In this document: piece by piece, positions 42,800-54,156 of the stretch | Position numbering within the stretch: position 1 is the stretch's first letter | How the letters are laid out: each line of letters opens with the position of its first letter | Program-made: the position numbers and the translations under genes | Notes under the pieces: model-generated | The model's input: only the letters and a program-made list of their open reading frames with translations | Told to the model about the DNA's origin: nothing | Databases searched by the model: none | Assembly (NCBI GenBank): GCA_004764695.1 | Contig: SMSO01000031.1 | Coordinates: 38,436-102,435, forward strand | Source: Schizochytrium sp. TIO01 | Lineage: Eukaryota; Protista; Bigyra: Labyrinthulomycetes | DNA: 64,000 bases | Direction: 5' to 3'

Positions 42800-44812
42800 A
42801 TGCAGCGACCTTTAGAGTTTCTGTGCTCTGGGTGCTTCGTGCAGCTTGCGCCTCTGGAGCTGCTGGAGGCTCGCAGAGACGACAAGGCCGCGTGGGAGCT
42901 GAGTATGCGTAGTACATGCTCGGAGTATGACGTTGGAGTATTGGAGGGTACAGTGGTGTATGTAGATCGTCTTGAAAGGGTTGAGGTGAATAATAGCGGC
43001 CTTCAAACTATTGCATACCTAAACTGTGACAAGTGCGGCAGGGAGGTGGGCGAGGTTTACCTGAATACCAATGGTTTTGAGGACATAAGTTTCAAGTTGT
43101 GGAAGCCCCGATGTAGCCCGGATCGGGGCTACAAGTGGTCAGAAAAGGCGTTTAATGTGCGTGGCCTTGCTGCTTATCTGCAAGAGCTTGGGCAACGAGG
43201 TCTCAAGATAAATTACAACAGTCGAATGCGACAACGAGAGCAGCAACAATTAGAGCAGCAACAACGAGACCAGCAACGACGAGAGCAGCAACAACGAGAC
43301 CAGCAACAACGAGACCAGCAGCGACAATTAGAGCAGCAACAACGAGACCAGCAACGACGAGAGCAGCAACAACGAGACCAGCAACGACGAGACCAGCAAC
43401 AACGAGACCAGCAACAACGAGACCAGCAACAACGAGACCAGCAACAATTAGACCAGCAACAGCGAGAAAAGCAGCTACTGCAACGCAAGAAACAGCAACG
43501 CAAGACGCGCGTGAATTCAAGTACGAGCAAATATAGTGAGAACTCTTTTGAAGATTCTATCGAAAGACTTGAAGAGCGCTTGCGGATGGTTCGTGAAGAA
43601 ACTCGACAGCAGGCTGAGGAGCTAGCCACAGTTTGCCAACGTATCAAAATTTCTGCACAGTCCAAAGAACCGCTTGCGCCCAGCCCTTCCGCTCCACCTG
43701 CCTCACCTTATCTGTGTGCCTACAAAGAGAACACCACTAATGCTGCCCACATTGCCCACGCTAGAACTGTGTTCCCTAGTCCTTTTTATTTGGACCAGCG
43801 GACCTGCACCATATGTCATGAAGAGGTGAAACCCGATGGTATGGACATAATGTGCACCAACCTGCATTGCATCTGTAGTTCGTGCTTGGAGGCCTTTATC
43901 AACTCAATGTGCGATAGCAACCTCTTAGAAATTTGCGAGGATGGAAAGCATTTTTTATGTAGCGAATGCAAGGATATGATTCCAATCTCTCAGGTTAGAG
44001 AGGGGCCCTTCCAGCAGCGACTTTTGCTTGCCAGCAAACATAGGTTGCATAATCTTTTACAAGAAGAAGAGGCCAGGCGACAAATTCAAGCCGAGGAAAA
44101 TGCAAGAATTCGGGCAGAGCATGCTGAACGCATAAGGGTCACACGCGCTTTACGCCAAGCTAGAGAAGTAGCCAGGTGCGAGGAGGAAGAAAAGGCTAGA
44201 ATGAAAGCTCAAGTCAAGGAAAGTGCAAAGATTCGGACGGAACATACCGAACGTGTAAGGGCTGCGCATGTCATGCGCCAGGCTGAGGAACAGGCTAGAC
44301 GTCAAGCCCAAGAAGAGGCTCACGTGCAGCGCCAAACTCAGGCACAACGTGCATTAGCAGAGCTCGCAAGACGTGAAGCAGAGCGGAAAAGAGGAGAAGT
44401 TCTACAGCGCGCACAAACACATATACGCCACATCGAGAATTCTATATTACTGACATGCTGTCCCAACGGTCATCCATTTTTTGATTTTGATGGAGACTTT
44501 GCTTTGACATGTTTAATGTGTGGTTGTCATTTCTGTGCATGGTGCCTCACGGACTGTCAAAGCGTTGAAGAAACCCACAGGCACATTCTTAACTGCAGCC
44601 AGAGGAATCCTAGTTCTTATGGAGTTGCGGGAACCGACGAAGAGTTCCGAAATTCTTGTCATGTGCGTTACCAACGGCGCTTCAGAACTTACTGGGGCTC
44701 TGACGGAATTCAAAGCGATTCTAGAGACGTGCGGAGGCTAATTCTTCAACGTATGTCCGAAGCTCACCGAGATCTTCTTGAACCTGAGTTGCAAAGACTT
44801 GGCTACTTTTAA
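42800..44812 (+). CDS. Zn-binding (Yippee/Mis18/RIG-I-CTD-like) domain - polyQ repeat - RING1 - coiled coil - Rcat-like protein
   Basis: ORF 42584-44812 starts at TTG; first ATG is at 42800. FLCSGC...LNCDKCGREVG pair; RING CTIC..CTNLHCICSSC..CSEC; C-terminal CCPNGH..FDGDFALTCLMCGCHFCAWC..HILNC, homologous to the C-terminus of the upstream gene. Confidence 0.85.
   Translation: MQRPLEFLCSGCFVQLAPLELLEARRDDKAAWELSMRSTCSEYDVGVLEGTVVYVDRLERVEVNNSGLQTIAYLNCDKCGREVGEVYLNTNGFEDISFKLWKPRCSPDRGYKWSEKAFNVRGLAAYLQELGQRGLKINYNSRMRQREQQQLEQQQRDQQRREQQQRDQQQRDQQRQLEQQQRDQQRREQQQRDQQRRDQQQRDQQQRDQQQRDQQQLDQQQREKQLLQRKKQQRKTRVNSSTSKYSENSFEDSIERLEERLRMVREETRQQAEELATVCQRIKISAQSKEPLAPSPSAPPASPYLCAYKENTTNAAHIAHARTVFPSPFYLDQRTCTICHEEVKPDGMDIMCTNLHCICSSCLEAFINSMCDSNLLEICEDGKHFLCSECKDMIPISQVREGPFQQRLLLASKHRLHNLLQEEEARRQIQAEENARIRAEHAERIRVTRALRQAREVARCEEEEKARMKAQVKESAKIRTEHTERVRAAHVMRQAEEQARRQAQEEAHVQRQTQAQRALAELARREAERKRGEVLQRAQTHIRHIENSILLTCCPNGHPFFDFDGDFALTCLMCGCHFCAWCLTDCQSVEETHRHILNCSQRNPSSYGVAGTDEEFRNSCHVRYQRRFRTYWGSDGIQSDSRDVRRLILQRMSEAHRDLLEPELQRLGYF
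43230..43500 (+). repeat. Coding 15-bp repeat (QQQRD/QQRRE), Q-rich tract
   Basis: Repeated 'cagcaacaacgagac' units, in frame. Confidence 0.9.
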
Positions 44813-45008
44813 TGCATCCTCTCATTAATTGATGAATAAATTGTTCTCCTCTGATGCTCAATCCCAAGGTACATGTAAATCTCATTGTTCAAAAATTAAA
44901 ATGTAAAATGCAGTTTTGAAACTATCTAAGTAGCAGCTCTGTACAGGATAAGTTTTCAATATTGAAGCAAGAGGAGAGTATAAAAATCTGACTTCAACAC
45001 TCAGAGTC

Positions 45009-45126
45009 ACATTCGATCATACCACGCGGGTAACACCTCATCTCATTCGCACTGAGAAGTAAAGTCGCGTAGGGCCGGGTCAGTAGTATGATAGGGGACT
45101 GCATGCGAAGCCCCGGTGTTGAATGT
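45009..45126 (+). rRNA. 5S rRNA (copy 2)
   Basis: Identical to 32484-32601 by eye; followed by a T-run. Confidence 0.93.
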
Positions 45127-45663
45127 TTTTTCCCCCTTTTTCCATGTTTTTTTGTTTAACTTGAGCTATGAAACCATTTTGCAAACTCAGGACAAAGAGT
45201 TTTAAAAAATACAGTTGATGGTAATAAAGGTAAGTTAACATATGTCTTATTTTTAAAAATTAAAGGAAAAAAATAAACATTTAGATTATACCTATATCAC
45301 TTCGTTATAATGAGTCAAAAAACATGGGGGAAAGGTCTAGTAGAACAGGGTTTTAGGTCCTGAGCACATAGTATGTTTAGGTGAAACCGAGGAGGGCTGC
45401 CCAACTAATAAATAAACAAAACTCAACATTGTGTAAGTCAGACCCTTGCACGGAGTATCTGGAGACACAATGAGTCTCTCCCTATGTAATTCGAGATATA
45501 ATGGTAAGATCTATTATAACATACTACTATTCATCAGGGTCGAGTGTGGCAGGTTTCTAAGGTTATAGTTCGAAGTAGTTATTCTTGCAGAGATTAACCT
45601 ATGCTAATCTTCTGAAAAGAACGGATACAATTTGAGAAATACAGTATATGTAGAGGCATCAGT

Positions 45664-46845
45664 TCACACTGATGACTTCACTGTGGCATCAAAAATAGGT
45701 CTTAGGTCCTCGTCGGACCCCATTTGACCAATAGAGTCGCGCGTGTCAACGACTGTGGTTTCAATCCCAATTTTAGGTCTGGGTCCATCAAAATCCTCTG
45801 TGTTTGCCTGCACCGGAACCATTGCATTCTCGTCTGCAAGCTCTACTACGGTTACATGCTGTACCCTCGGTGCCATAGTGAAGGCAATGTGTTTCCATTC
45901 AGCTGTTGCGAAAATCCACATCACTGGTACAACATAATCAAATTTGTTATGCAAGAATGGCGCGAGTGCAAACATAGTAAAGACTATGCACAAAAGCATG
46001 GCGAGTATACTGGCTTGGAGTTGAAGAGCAATGATTGCTTTTCTTAGTGTGTCAAACCGCGCGGTCTGATGGACATCTTTACCGAGCTTGAGAAGGTAGC
46101 GCGTCCGCAACATGATAAAGATAGCTTGAGCAGCATATCCAAAATATGCTAGAGCGTTTCCAGTGCAATATGCAATAAATGCCCCGTAGGCTCGATCGTC
46201 GGCGCCGTGAATGCCCCTTGAGTATTCGACCAATGGCACGGAGGCTGCAGCAACCGTGATGATAAGGTTGCTTGCAGAAATCACAAATGTGACTGGGATT
46301 AGTGCTTTCAGCCTTCGACTTGTGGATAAGAGCGAAATAAGCAAGAAAGGCTGCACACAGAAAACAGTGATGAAGAAGCCAAAATGAGCAAATAAAAAGC
46401 AGAGGGACACTCCAAGATCAGACCCTAGCCTGGCTTCCGGCCGAGCAAGTTTGAGAATGATATATGTAAGTGACCACGGAAGACATACTATATGGAATGA
46501 CGCAATGCTAAGTACAGCTGGGTCTTTAAGCGCATTGGGGACTGCAAGCTTACGGGCTTGCCGACGCCTCCTAGCCCTGAAGCACTGGACCATGCGTTGC
46601 TTAACCCTCGACACGGTGGATAGCCACAACGCAAAGGTAACTACCAGTGTCACGCTCCACAACACGGTCAAAGCTACGGTGCTAATTTGACAGTCTAGGT
46701 CCTCTGTGTTGAAAATGTCTGACCTCCCTGTCCAACCTGCTGCACAGTCACAAGTAAGGTTGACGCATGCCCCATGGTTTGAGCAAGGCTTTCCCACACG
46801 CACTGCAACTTCTCTAGACACCTCGGCAAAGGCCGAGCACTCCAT
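45664..46845 (-). CDS. EGF-like domain + 7TM membrane protein (GPCR-like)
   Basis: CSNHGACVNLTCDCAAGWTG EGF motif followed by ~7 hydrophobic helices; first ATG at 46845. Confidence 0.8.
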   Translation of the reverse strand: MECSAFAEVSREVAVRVGKPCSNHGACVNLTCDCAAGWTGRSDIFNTEDLDCQISTVALTVLWSVTLVVTFALWLSTVSRVKQRMVQCFRARRRRQARKLAVPNALKDPAVLSIASFHIVCLPWSLTYIILKLARPEARLGSDLGVSLCFLFAHFGFFITVFCVQPFLLISLLSTSRRLKALIPVTFVISASNLIITVAAASVPLVEYSRGIHGADDRAYGAFIAYCTGNALAYFGYAAQAIFIMLRTRYLLKLGKDVHQTARFDTLRKAIIALQLQASILAMLLCIVFTMFALAPFLHNKFDYVVPVMWIFATAEWKHIAFTMAPRVQHVTVVELADENAMVPVQANTEDFDGPRPKIGIETTVVDTRDSIGQMGSDEDLRPIFDATVKSSV

Positions 46846-49140
46846 CGTCAGAACGAAGTCCTGCCGCACCTCGATCCGACTTAAGAGTTTGCTCTTCTAG
46901 CAAAATGACGGATGAATCATTGATTGATCGCAATTTGATGCCAGCCCCGTTTCCTGGAATTACTACCTACTTGCACCTCTAGAGTTACTGACTACAGCCT
47001 TATCCATTCCAAACAAACAAGCAGGAGAGAAATTGCCTTTGTGAAAAGAGCAACCTTGAGGTGCCTAGGTAACTGGCTAGCCACAGTCTAATCACTTCGT
47101 GAGCTAGGTTCGTGTTCTCATGAATTTTAGCTTGCAGTTTTCACCCAAGTAATAAAGGATTGAAAGAAGTAGCCTGGGGCTGGTGAGAGTCTGTGCTTTC
47201 AACGAGTCGTTTGACTCCTTTATTTAAGTTGTGCAAATTGCTTCTAGTTCCTTCTAACTATAGTCTAGACAGCAAACTGCGGGAACCTGGTAAGCTAGAG
47301 GGTGTTAGGAAACTCCTAAAGTCCATTGTTTGCTGCACGGTGCACACAATCTGCCTACCTGGTTACTAGTACTCTTCTTCAAGCCCCTTCGAGTCCTTTT
47401 TAAACTTGGGTTGGCAGGCCTAAGTACAGTTCAGGTTGGCCATGGAGTTCCACATCACCTGCTAGCTCTTATCGCTGCCGAGCGAAGAGGGAGTCCTCTG
47501 AGCCTCTCGTTCGCTCGCTAGCGGTGGCACGTGCAGCAATTATTATGTTTTGCTTAGAACGACCGCAACACGATGAATCCGCCTTGCTCAACGTCGAGGA
47601 GGTGCTGCGAACCCGAGCTTTCCTATTCACCAGTTGCATGAGAGACTCATTGCCAATAGCAAGTTCCCCATCTTCAGCTGGTAAAATCCCCTCCTAGTTG
47701 AACTGGACATTCATTATCTGGGTAAATCCTCAAGTAAAATTTTTGTTGCATTCGCGGATGAGACCTTAGAAGCGGTGTTGGGTCCAATTTAATTGAAAAA
47801 TTGGCGGATACAGTCAACACATTACTTTTTCTACGATGACAAGTACTATAGTGTTGCTAGCCTTGGTGTCTCCTATTCCGACTCATTCTCAGGCAACTCC
47901 ATTGATCTTTTAACTCAAAACTCCAGCCATAACAATTACTCATAAATAATTAATGATGTGAGAGGACTACAAGGCACCAAACCTCTCACATGTGCATTAG
48001 TAACATATAAGGGTACTCTTAGTAGTCATAATTTGCAGACTACCGGAAACGGAATTCTTTCCATCGACAACAAGTAGGGAGGCGTTTTGCGCACACTGAA
48101 TGGCATTTCTTGAGGTATGATATTGCATAAACGACAATTATCACTAGCTGTAAAGCAGGCTTCTGGTGGCTTTCCTCAACTACTAAGGAGATTCATAACT
48201 ACCGGTGCTACTACCTGCAAGCAATCCTCAAAGTTAGAGTGGTTGTTTTTTTGTTTTGTTTTCATGTTGAAGATTTTAACTCATTAACTTTGACTCGTGA
48301 GAGTGGAATGTACCTACTTGTCTTAACCTAGTCGCTCTTTCAAATTTGCAAAGATAACATGGAGGCCCTCTACTAGTAACTGCTGATCGTCTAAGCCTAA
48401 TCAAACGTGGCAGAGCGGAACTGCGTATAGCCAGCCCAAGAAATGTAGCGATCTCATCGAAAAACATAAGAAAGAAGCTCAGGACTTTTGGGGGGGCTAA
48501 GAACTAGTTTGGAGTGGATTTGTCAATGTTCCTTGTTCAAAGTTCTGTCACTGATAATGCTGTTGCAGCTTGGCGGAAGGACACGAGACCAGGTACAATT
48601 AAATTCTAAATTCTTGAAAAATTAAAAGAAGTAGACAAAGATAAAGGGTGCTTTAAACCATAACTGAATTAAGCAATAGCTGATTGACATGATTGGTGGT
48701 TAATAGAATCGATCGATCAATTCTCTTCACCGTCAAATATTACTATGATTACAACGTTGACACCTCGAGGACATGGCTTACCCCAAGATTGGCTAATGCT
48801 GGATATTCCGGCTAGAATCGATTCCAATTGACCCATTGCAAAATCCTGTCGTGCTTAAGGCTTGTAAAACAAAATATAATACAAACCATCACCAGCCAAA
48901 CAGAACATCGGTATATACAAATCTTGCGATGCAAATCGATTGAGGAACTTGAGTTCTCGACAGACAAACTTTGACATTTTCATAACGAGTTGGTTTGTTT
49001 TGAGAAAGATAACAGGTTACGTATTGTACAGATTTGCCAAACAAATTTTCAACCTCTTCAAGAAAATTTATTTCTGATCTTTTCCCTCTGTGTGTGCTAA
49101 GCAAAGACTTGCTCGCTTAATAGTAATAAATTATTGTATT

Positions 49141-50007
49141 TCAGCCGAGCATGAGTGAGTGTACAGGTTTAGCCCCATCCATAACACTTTTTGGAATAGT
49201 AACAGCAGCATTCGCGCTCTGAAAAAGAATTTTTTGCGCCAAAGCCCCTCTGTTAGTTTGCATGCTTGTGTGCTTCACTTTAGTCCTCCTCCAAGAGTAT
49301 ACAAGGTAGAGACATAACATGTGTACTTGGAAGTCAGCACTCCCAATAAAATAAGCTGAACTCGGCCTGAATTGCAGGTTGAGAATTGCAGAAGCAGAAG
49401 ATGCCAGGGGGATTATTGACACCCAAAGGAGTCGGAAAACAGCGTTTTTAGTAGGATCCCGCTTCCCATTAACGTGAGACAGTGTTAGGATATTTCGATA
49501 GAAGTAGTACAACATGGACATTGTCATCAGATCGAGCAACACAAACATAACATCGTCAATAGACATCCAAAACATATTCCCAAAAGTTTGACTACATCCA
49601 CCATCCTCCGTACGAAAACTTTTGTATACAAAAAGAGCTTTGCTGATATTTAATGCCAACACAATCAGTAAATATGCTTTGACTCCTGTGATAATATTTT
49701 TTCGTACACTGATGCTTTTATAGTGTCTTACTGCCAGCTCTGCGCGAATACAGTGTAGGTAACCCGCTAGAACCTTGGCTAAATAGTAAAATACTGCAAG
49801 AAGATTGATCTGAATTGGACAAAAGAAGTCTGTAAATATTTCGACAATCATTCCCGCAATATTAAGTATCTGCAGGGATATGGCGATAACTTTGATTCGA
49901 TTACGTACACGTACACTTCCAATCGAATGAATCGTGCGGTAGACATCAAGCACAAGAGCAAATGAAATATACAAGCCAAAGATACGAAACCAAAACCCTT
50001 CGAACAT
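49141..50007 (-). CDS. 7TM GPCR-like protein, paralog 1
   Basis: About 7 hydrophobic segments; shares CP, RAELA, LNISKA, ECL2 Cys, W..IDDVMF and DFQVH with paralogs 2-4; ATG at 50007 aligns with the paralog starts. Confidence 0.82.
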   Translation of the reverse strand: MFEGFWFRIFGLYISFALVLDVYRTIHSIGSVRVRNRIKVIAISLQILNIAGMIVEIFTDFFCPIQINLLAVFYYLAKVLAGYLHCIRAELAVRHYKSISVRKNIITGVKAYLLIVLALNISKALFVYKSFRTEDGGCSQTFGNMFWMSIDDVMFVLLDLMTMSMLYYFYRNILTLSHVNGKRDPTKNAVFRLLWVSIIPLASSASAILNLQFRPSSAYFIGSADFQVHMLCLYLVYSWRRTKVKHTSMQTNRGALAQKILFQSANAAVTIPKSVMDGAKPVHSLMLG

Positions 50008-51951
50008 GATGATCGTTTGATTGGGATTTGCCTGAAGGCGATGCGGATAGACACAAAAATCCGTTTTGATTTTTTGTTTTGAATATAGGCGCTCCAATTG
50101 TGGTGGGAAGTAGTCTCAAATGCTATAACTAGAGAGCTTATGCTATTAAAGGAACCTTTTTTAGGTGAGCGCAGGCACGACTCTTTTAAAGCCCGGCTTC
50201 TTAAAGGGGTTTTAAGATAGGAACGTAGGTTCACTAATATCGTGTCGAAATTTACAAAATAGGGAACACACGCTTTGCCTAGCTTTGATGTTTACTTTAC
50301 AACATCTAGGAACCTTTCTTGCTGACTTTGTATAGAGCATCTGACCCCTAAATAAGGCAGGGTCCACACAGGTGCTGCTTTTTTAAAAGTTAGCTGTTCA
50401 TTTTTTTGCTTCTGTGTTGTAACCGCTCTTTCTTCACAATTATCTATTACAAGAACACTGAGTATCTATATGAATAATGAGAGGGTTTTGTGTGTTTTCT
50501 TGTTTATTAATCTTAAGTAGAAAAAGAAAGGAAAAAGAAAAGTCAATGTTGGCGGTTCTTGGCTTGGGAATACAAGTCAATTTGTCACCAATGGTGCTGC
50601 ATACCTTGCAACGAAACATAACGTTGACAGCAGCTAACGAAGCTGTGCGGTAAAAACAATAGACTACATCGCAAGCTGGCGTACACATTTTTGTGAAATT
50701 GTTGTGTGCTCAAAAGCCCCGACGAGCGCGCTTACCTACCATAAGTACTTGCACAATGAAGAATTTAACAGTAAAGCAGGGGGTGCAGGTTGATTAAGAA
50801 TTAATACATACTTCCGGTCAGGGTAGTTGATTGAAGGTACTAGTGTAAAAGTATCGGCCAATCTATTCATCAACACATTATGCTGCTATCTTCCTGTGTT
50901 CCCATGAAGAACAGAACGAGCATGTGCTGGCCGCAATAATCCATAACTGACAGCGTTGATTTAGAGATTTGCTTTGACCGGGGTCTTTACCTATGTAAAA
51001 GAATCGATAGGAGTAACCTTTGACCATCGAGAGTGTCATAAATGCCTTTTGCAAAATTCAAGCAATATGACTAGACAAAGCTTCCTGCTAGCTCTGTTCT
51101 GGGCAGTGACAAAGTTATTCCATTGAATACAACAAAGTCAGACAAAATTATAGGTACGTAGGTCCATATGTATTCAAGTCGAAGACTTCGGCCACTCTAA
51201 CTATTCAGAGGTAAGGGGTTACAAAAAATTTATCTTCGGTAAACACTCAAGCCAAAACACTCACTCCTTACATGGACCTTGGCTTGAAACATGTTATAGT
51301 TTTGGTTGTGATTGCGACAAAGTAGAGTGGATGATATACAATGTTCAGATGTTTGGCAACTACGAAAAAGGGGAAGTAAACAAGAGGGGGAAAGTCGCTA
51401 CCACTACACCCCAACGTTTACAAAGAAGTTTCTCTCATGGCACAGTAGGTAGGTAATTAGGCACTAGCACAATCAATCATTAAGAAACATTGTTTTCACT
51501 CGTCCAGCCACAATCGAATTCGGATTTAATATCAGTCTGGTAGGGCCTTCCTTTCAATTGGTAAATTCCTCTGATTAAGCTGCTTTCCAGTGGACATAAT
51601 AGTAAAAAATAAAATTACAGTTTTCCATGAACGAAAGCACCTCTCGAGATTATGTAATACAAAAGCCAGGGCCTGCCCTGGCTCTGGTCTGGTCTGCGAA
51701 CGCTAAGACCTGCACCATAACTAACATCTGCGGTGCTTCCGCGCAACTGTCACTTCGCGTCCTGAGCTAAGCGAGGCAAACCAACCTCAAAGCAAAACAT
51801 TATCGAGCAACCGTTTGGGCAAAACCCGCTGGACGAAGAAGAGCCGCTAGTAAGAAGGGGCGGCGAGCAAGCCCGTAGTGGGCCAAGCTTGCACAAGTAT
51901 TGTCTATTGAAACGCCCAAGCTTGGCATCTCTTCGTCTGGTATATCTTACA

Positions 51952-54156
51952 ATGCGATCTTCGCGGCATGCCCCAAGTCTGAGGTCACACCCGCAAGGAC
52001 TCTTGTCATCTTCTCTGCGACTCGATCACACAGACGCGCAGAGCCGTGCCCAGGAAAACCTCCAGCGTGCAAGAATACCCTCTTCGAGTAGTGAGAGGTC
52101 AATCCCAACCTCAAACAGATTGGCTATCGGAAGCAAATCTGCTGTAGCGAGAAGGCACAGTAATGGTAGCTTTATCTCGGAGCCACGTCGAAACAGTGTA
52201 AGTGATGACTTCTATCAAATCGGGCAGAGGCCTGGAGATTTAAATCACAATGCTACCGAGGGCAACTCTTTTGTACGTGGTAGACATGGGCTCACAGACG
52301 AAGACGATTCTAGCACACCTAGTGTGCATAATTCATCAGCTCAAAGTCTTCAGTATCATCAACATGAAGCCAGGCAACAAAGCACAATTGACCCGCAGCG
52401 CAGAGACAAACGGCGGATGGAAAAAGAGAGAAAAGTGAATGTTGATCAAGATTTCGAAGATAATGACCTTGACTTTTTGGACGACCCTGAAGGCGAGGTT
52501 TTAGGAGTAAATGAGGATCCCGCTTCTGTGTCAAGCTTTGGTAAAAGCGAAGGTAATAGAAGATTTAAAAGTGCAGACATACTTGGAAGTGAAATTGAGG
52601 AGGAGAGTCGTATTGATGGTGGCACGCCAGCGAGAGGCCGTCACCGTACACATGCTATTCGACTGGGAAGAGGGGTAAGCGTGACAAACCCACAAGCTTC
52701 CCATCTAGTTGAAGAAGTAGCAATGCGACTTAAACAGGCTGAAATTCGTGTTTTTGAAGCTGAGAATCAGAGTCAGGCTCTCGAAGAAGAGGCCCTGGCT
52801 CTTCGTCGGATGATTTCTGATCTACAACAAGCGAGAATTCTGGATGCAGAAAAGCGTAACAACGAGGAAAGCCTCCTTCAGGAGAAGCTTGACAAGGCTT
52901 TGGCGGACCTGGATGCTCGTCAACGAGAGCTCGAAACAGTACGCCAAGCAAATGAAGCTGCCCAAGCTCGGGTTCAAGAACTACAAAAAGAGGAAACTGA
53001 AAAGGAACGTAAGCTTACTCATGAGTGCAGTAATTTTGAAGAGCAAGTCCGGGCCGAACGCTCAAAATTTGCAAAGTTGAAGGCCGAGGCTGAAGAGCTA
53101 GAGGCTCTAGCGCAACAAGAAAAAAAAGTTGCAACACAAAAACTTGCTGATGCTCATACTCAATTGGAGACGGAAACTGAGCGCGCCCGTGAAGCCAGCG
53201 CAGCGCTTCAAAAAGCTAGTGCAGAACGTGAAAGGCTACATCAGGCATTAGACGCGCTTCGTGATCAAAAACGAGACTTGAGCGACCTTGTGGCAGCTGC
53301 ACGTCGAGCTGAAACCGAGTCAAAAGCTGCTTTACAGGAAGCAGAAAATCGAGTTAAAGCTGCAGAACTTTCGCAGCAAGATGCAGACGAGCAACGAAAG
53401 CACCTCGAGGTTCAGCTTGCACAAAGTGCGCGTGTTCTCGAGGACTCAAGAGCTGAACGAGAACAACTAATGCGCCAGCTAGAGCGTATACGGACCGAAA
53501 ATGGTGACCTTGAGCGAGAGCTTGAGCGTCTCGGGGAAAATAAAATTAATCATTCTCAACAGACAGAGAGTTTAAGACGCCAGTTAGAAGATGCGAAAGA
53601 TGAGGCTCGTCGCAGTGCAGAGCGAGCACGAACTACGGAAGCAAGGATGCGCCAGGAGCAGCATTTCTCTATTAGTAAACTGGAGCATGAAAACCAACTA
53701 CTACGGCATGAGGTTGAGCGACTCCAAGCGAGTTTGCAACAGACGCAAAACGCAAATACAGCAACGCAATCGAGTGCGCGTGCTGCAAGGTTAGAGGTTG
53801 AGCGAATCGCTCAGGCTCTTCAGCGAGGTCAGATTGCATCAACCTCACTTGCACAGGAACTTCAAGAAAAACAACGGGTTCAAGCTCAGGTGCAATCTTT
53901 GCAACGTGAGGTCGAGACCCTTCGTGCATCGAAAGAGTCAGTAATTCAGCGCGCTCAGCAATTTAAGCGAGAGCTTCAGCGTAAAGCAGATGATGTGCAC
54001 CGGTTATCTCGCATTGCTGAAGAACTTCAAAGTCAATTGCGCTTTACCGAGCAAGAAAAGGAAGAAATTTCCCGTCGCCATCGTCAGAATCTTCAAGCCA
54101 AGGATGCTGAAAATACTTATGTTTGGCACAAGCTCGAACAAGCTCTTCGGATGTAG
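51952..54156 (+). CDS. Long coiled-coil protein with disordered Ser-rich N-terminus, function unknown
   Basis: 755-codon ORF (TTG start; first ATG at 51952); E/Q/R/A/L heptad-rich C-terminal two thirds. Confidence 0.82.
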   Translation: MRSSRHAPSLRSHPQGLLSSSLRLDHTDAQSRAQENLQRARIPSSSSERSIPTSNRLAIGSKSAVARRHSNGSFISEPRRNSVSDDFYQIGQRPGDLNHNATEGNSFVRGRHGLTDEDDSSTPSVHNSSAQSLQYHQHEARQQSTIDPQRRDKRRMEKERKVNVDQDFEDNDLDFLDDPEGEVLGVNEDPASVSSFGKSEGNRRFKSADILGSEIEEESRIDGGTPARGRHRTHAIRLGRGVSVTNPQASHLVEEVAMRLKQAEIRVFEAENQSQALEEEALALRRMISDLQQARILDAEKRNNEESLLQEKLDKALADLDARQRELETVRQANEAAQARVQELQKEETEKERKLTHECSNFEEQVRAERSKFAKLKAEAEELEALAQQEKKVATQKLADAHTQLETETERAREASAALQKASAERERLHQALDALRDQKRDLSDLVAAARRAETESKAALQEAENRVKAAELSQQDADEQRKHLEVQLAQSARVLEDSRAEREQLMRQLERIRTENGDLERELERLGENKINHSQQTESLRRQLEDAKDEARRSAERARTTEARMRQEQHFSISKLEHENQLLRHEVERLQASLQQTQNANTATQSSARAARLEVERIAQALQRGQIASTSLAQELQEKQRVQAQVQSLQREVETLRASKESVIQRAQQFKRELQRKADDVHRLSRIAEELQSQLRFTEQEKEEISRRHRQNLQAKDAENTYVWHKLEQALRM

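Noticed and set aside
47250-48600. Possible decayed gene or transposon fragment
   Set aside because: Composition looks semi-coding, but I found no sustained frame or diagnostic motif; a tBLASTx/Dfam search would be needed.
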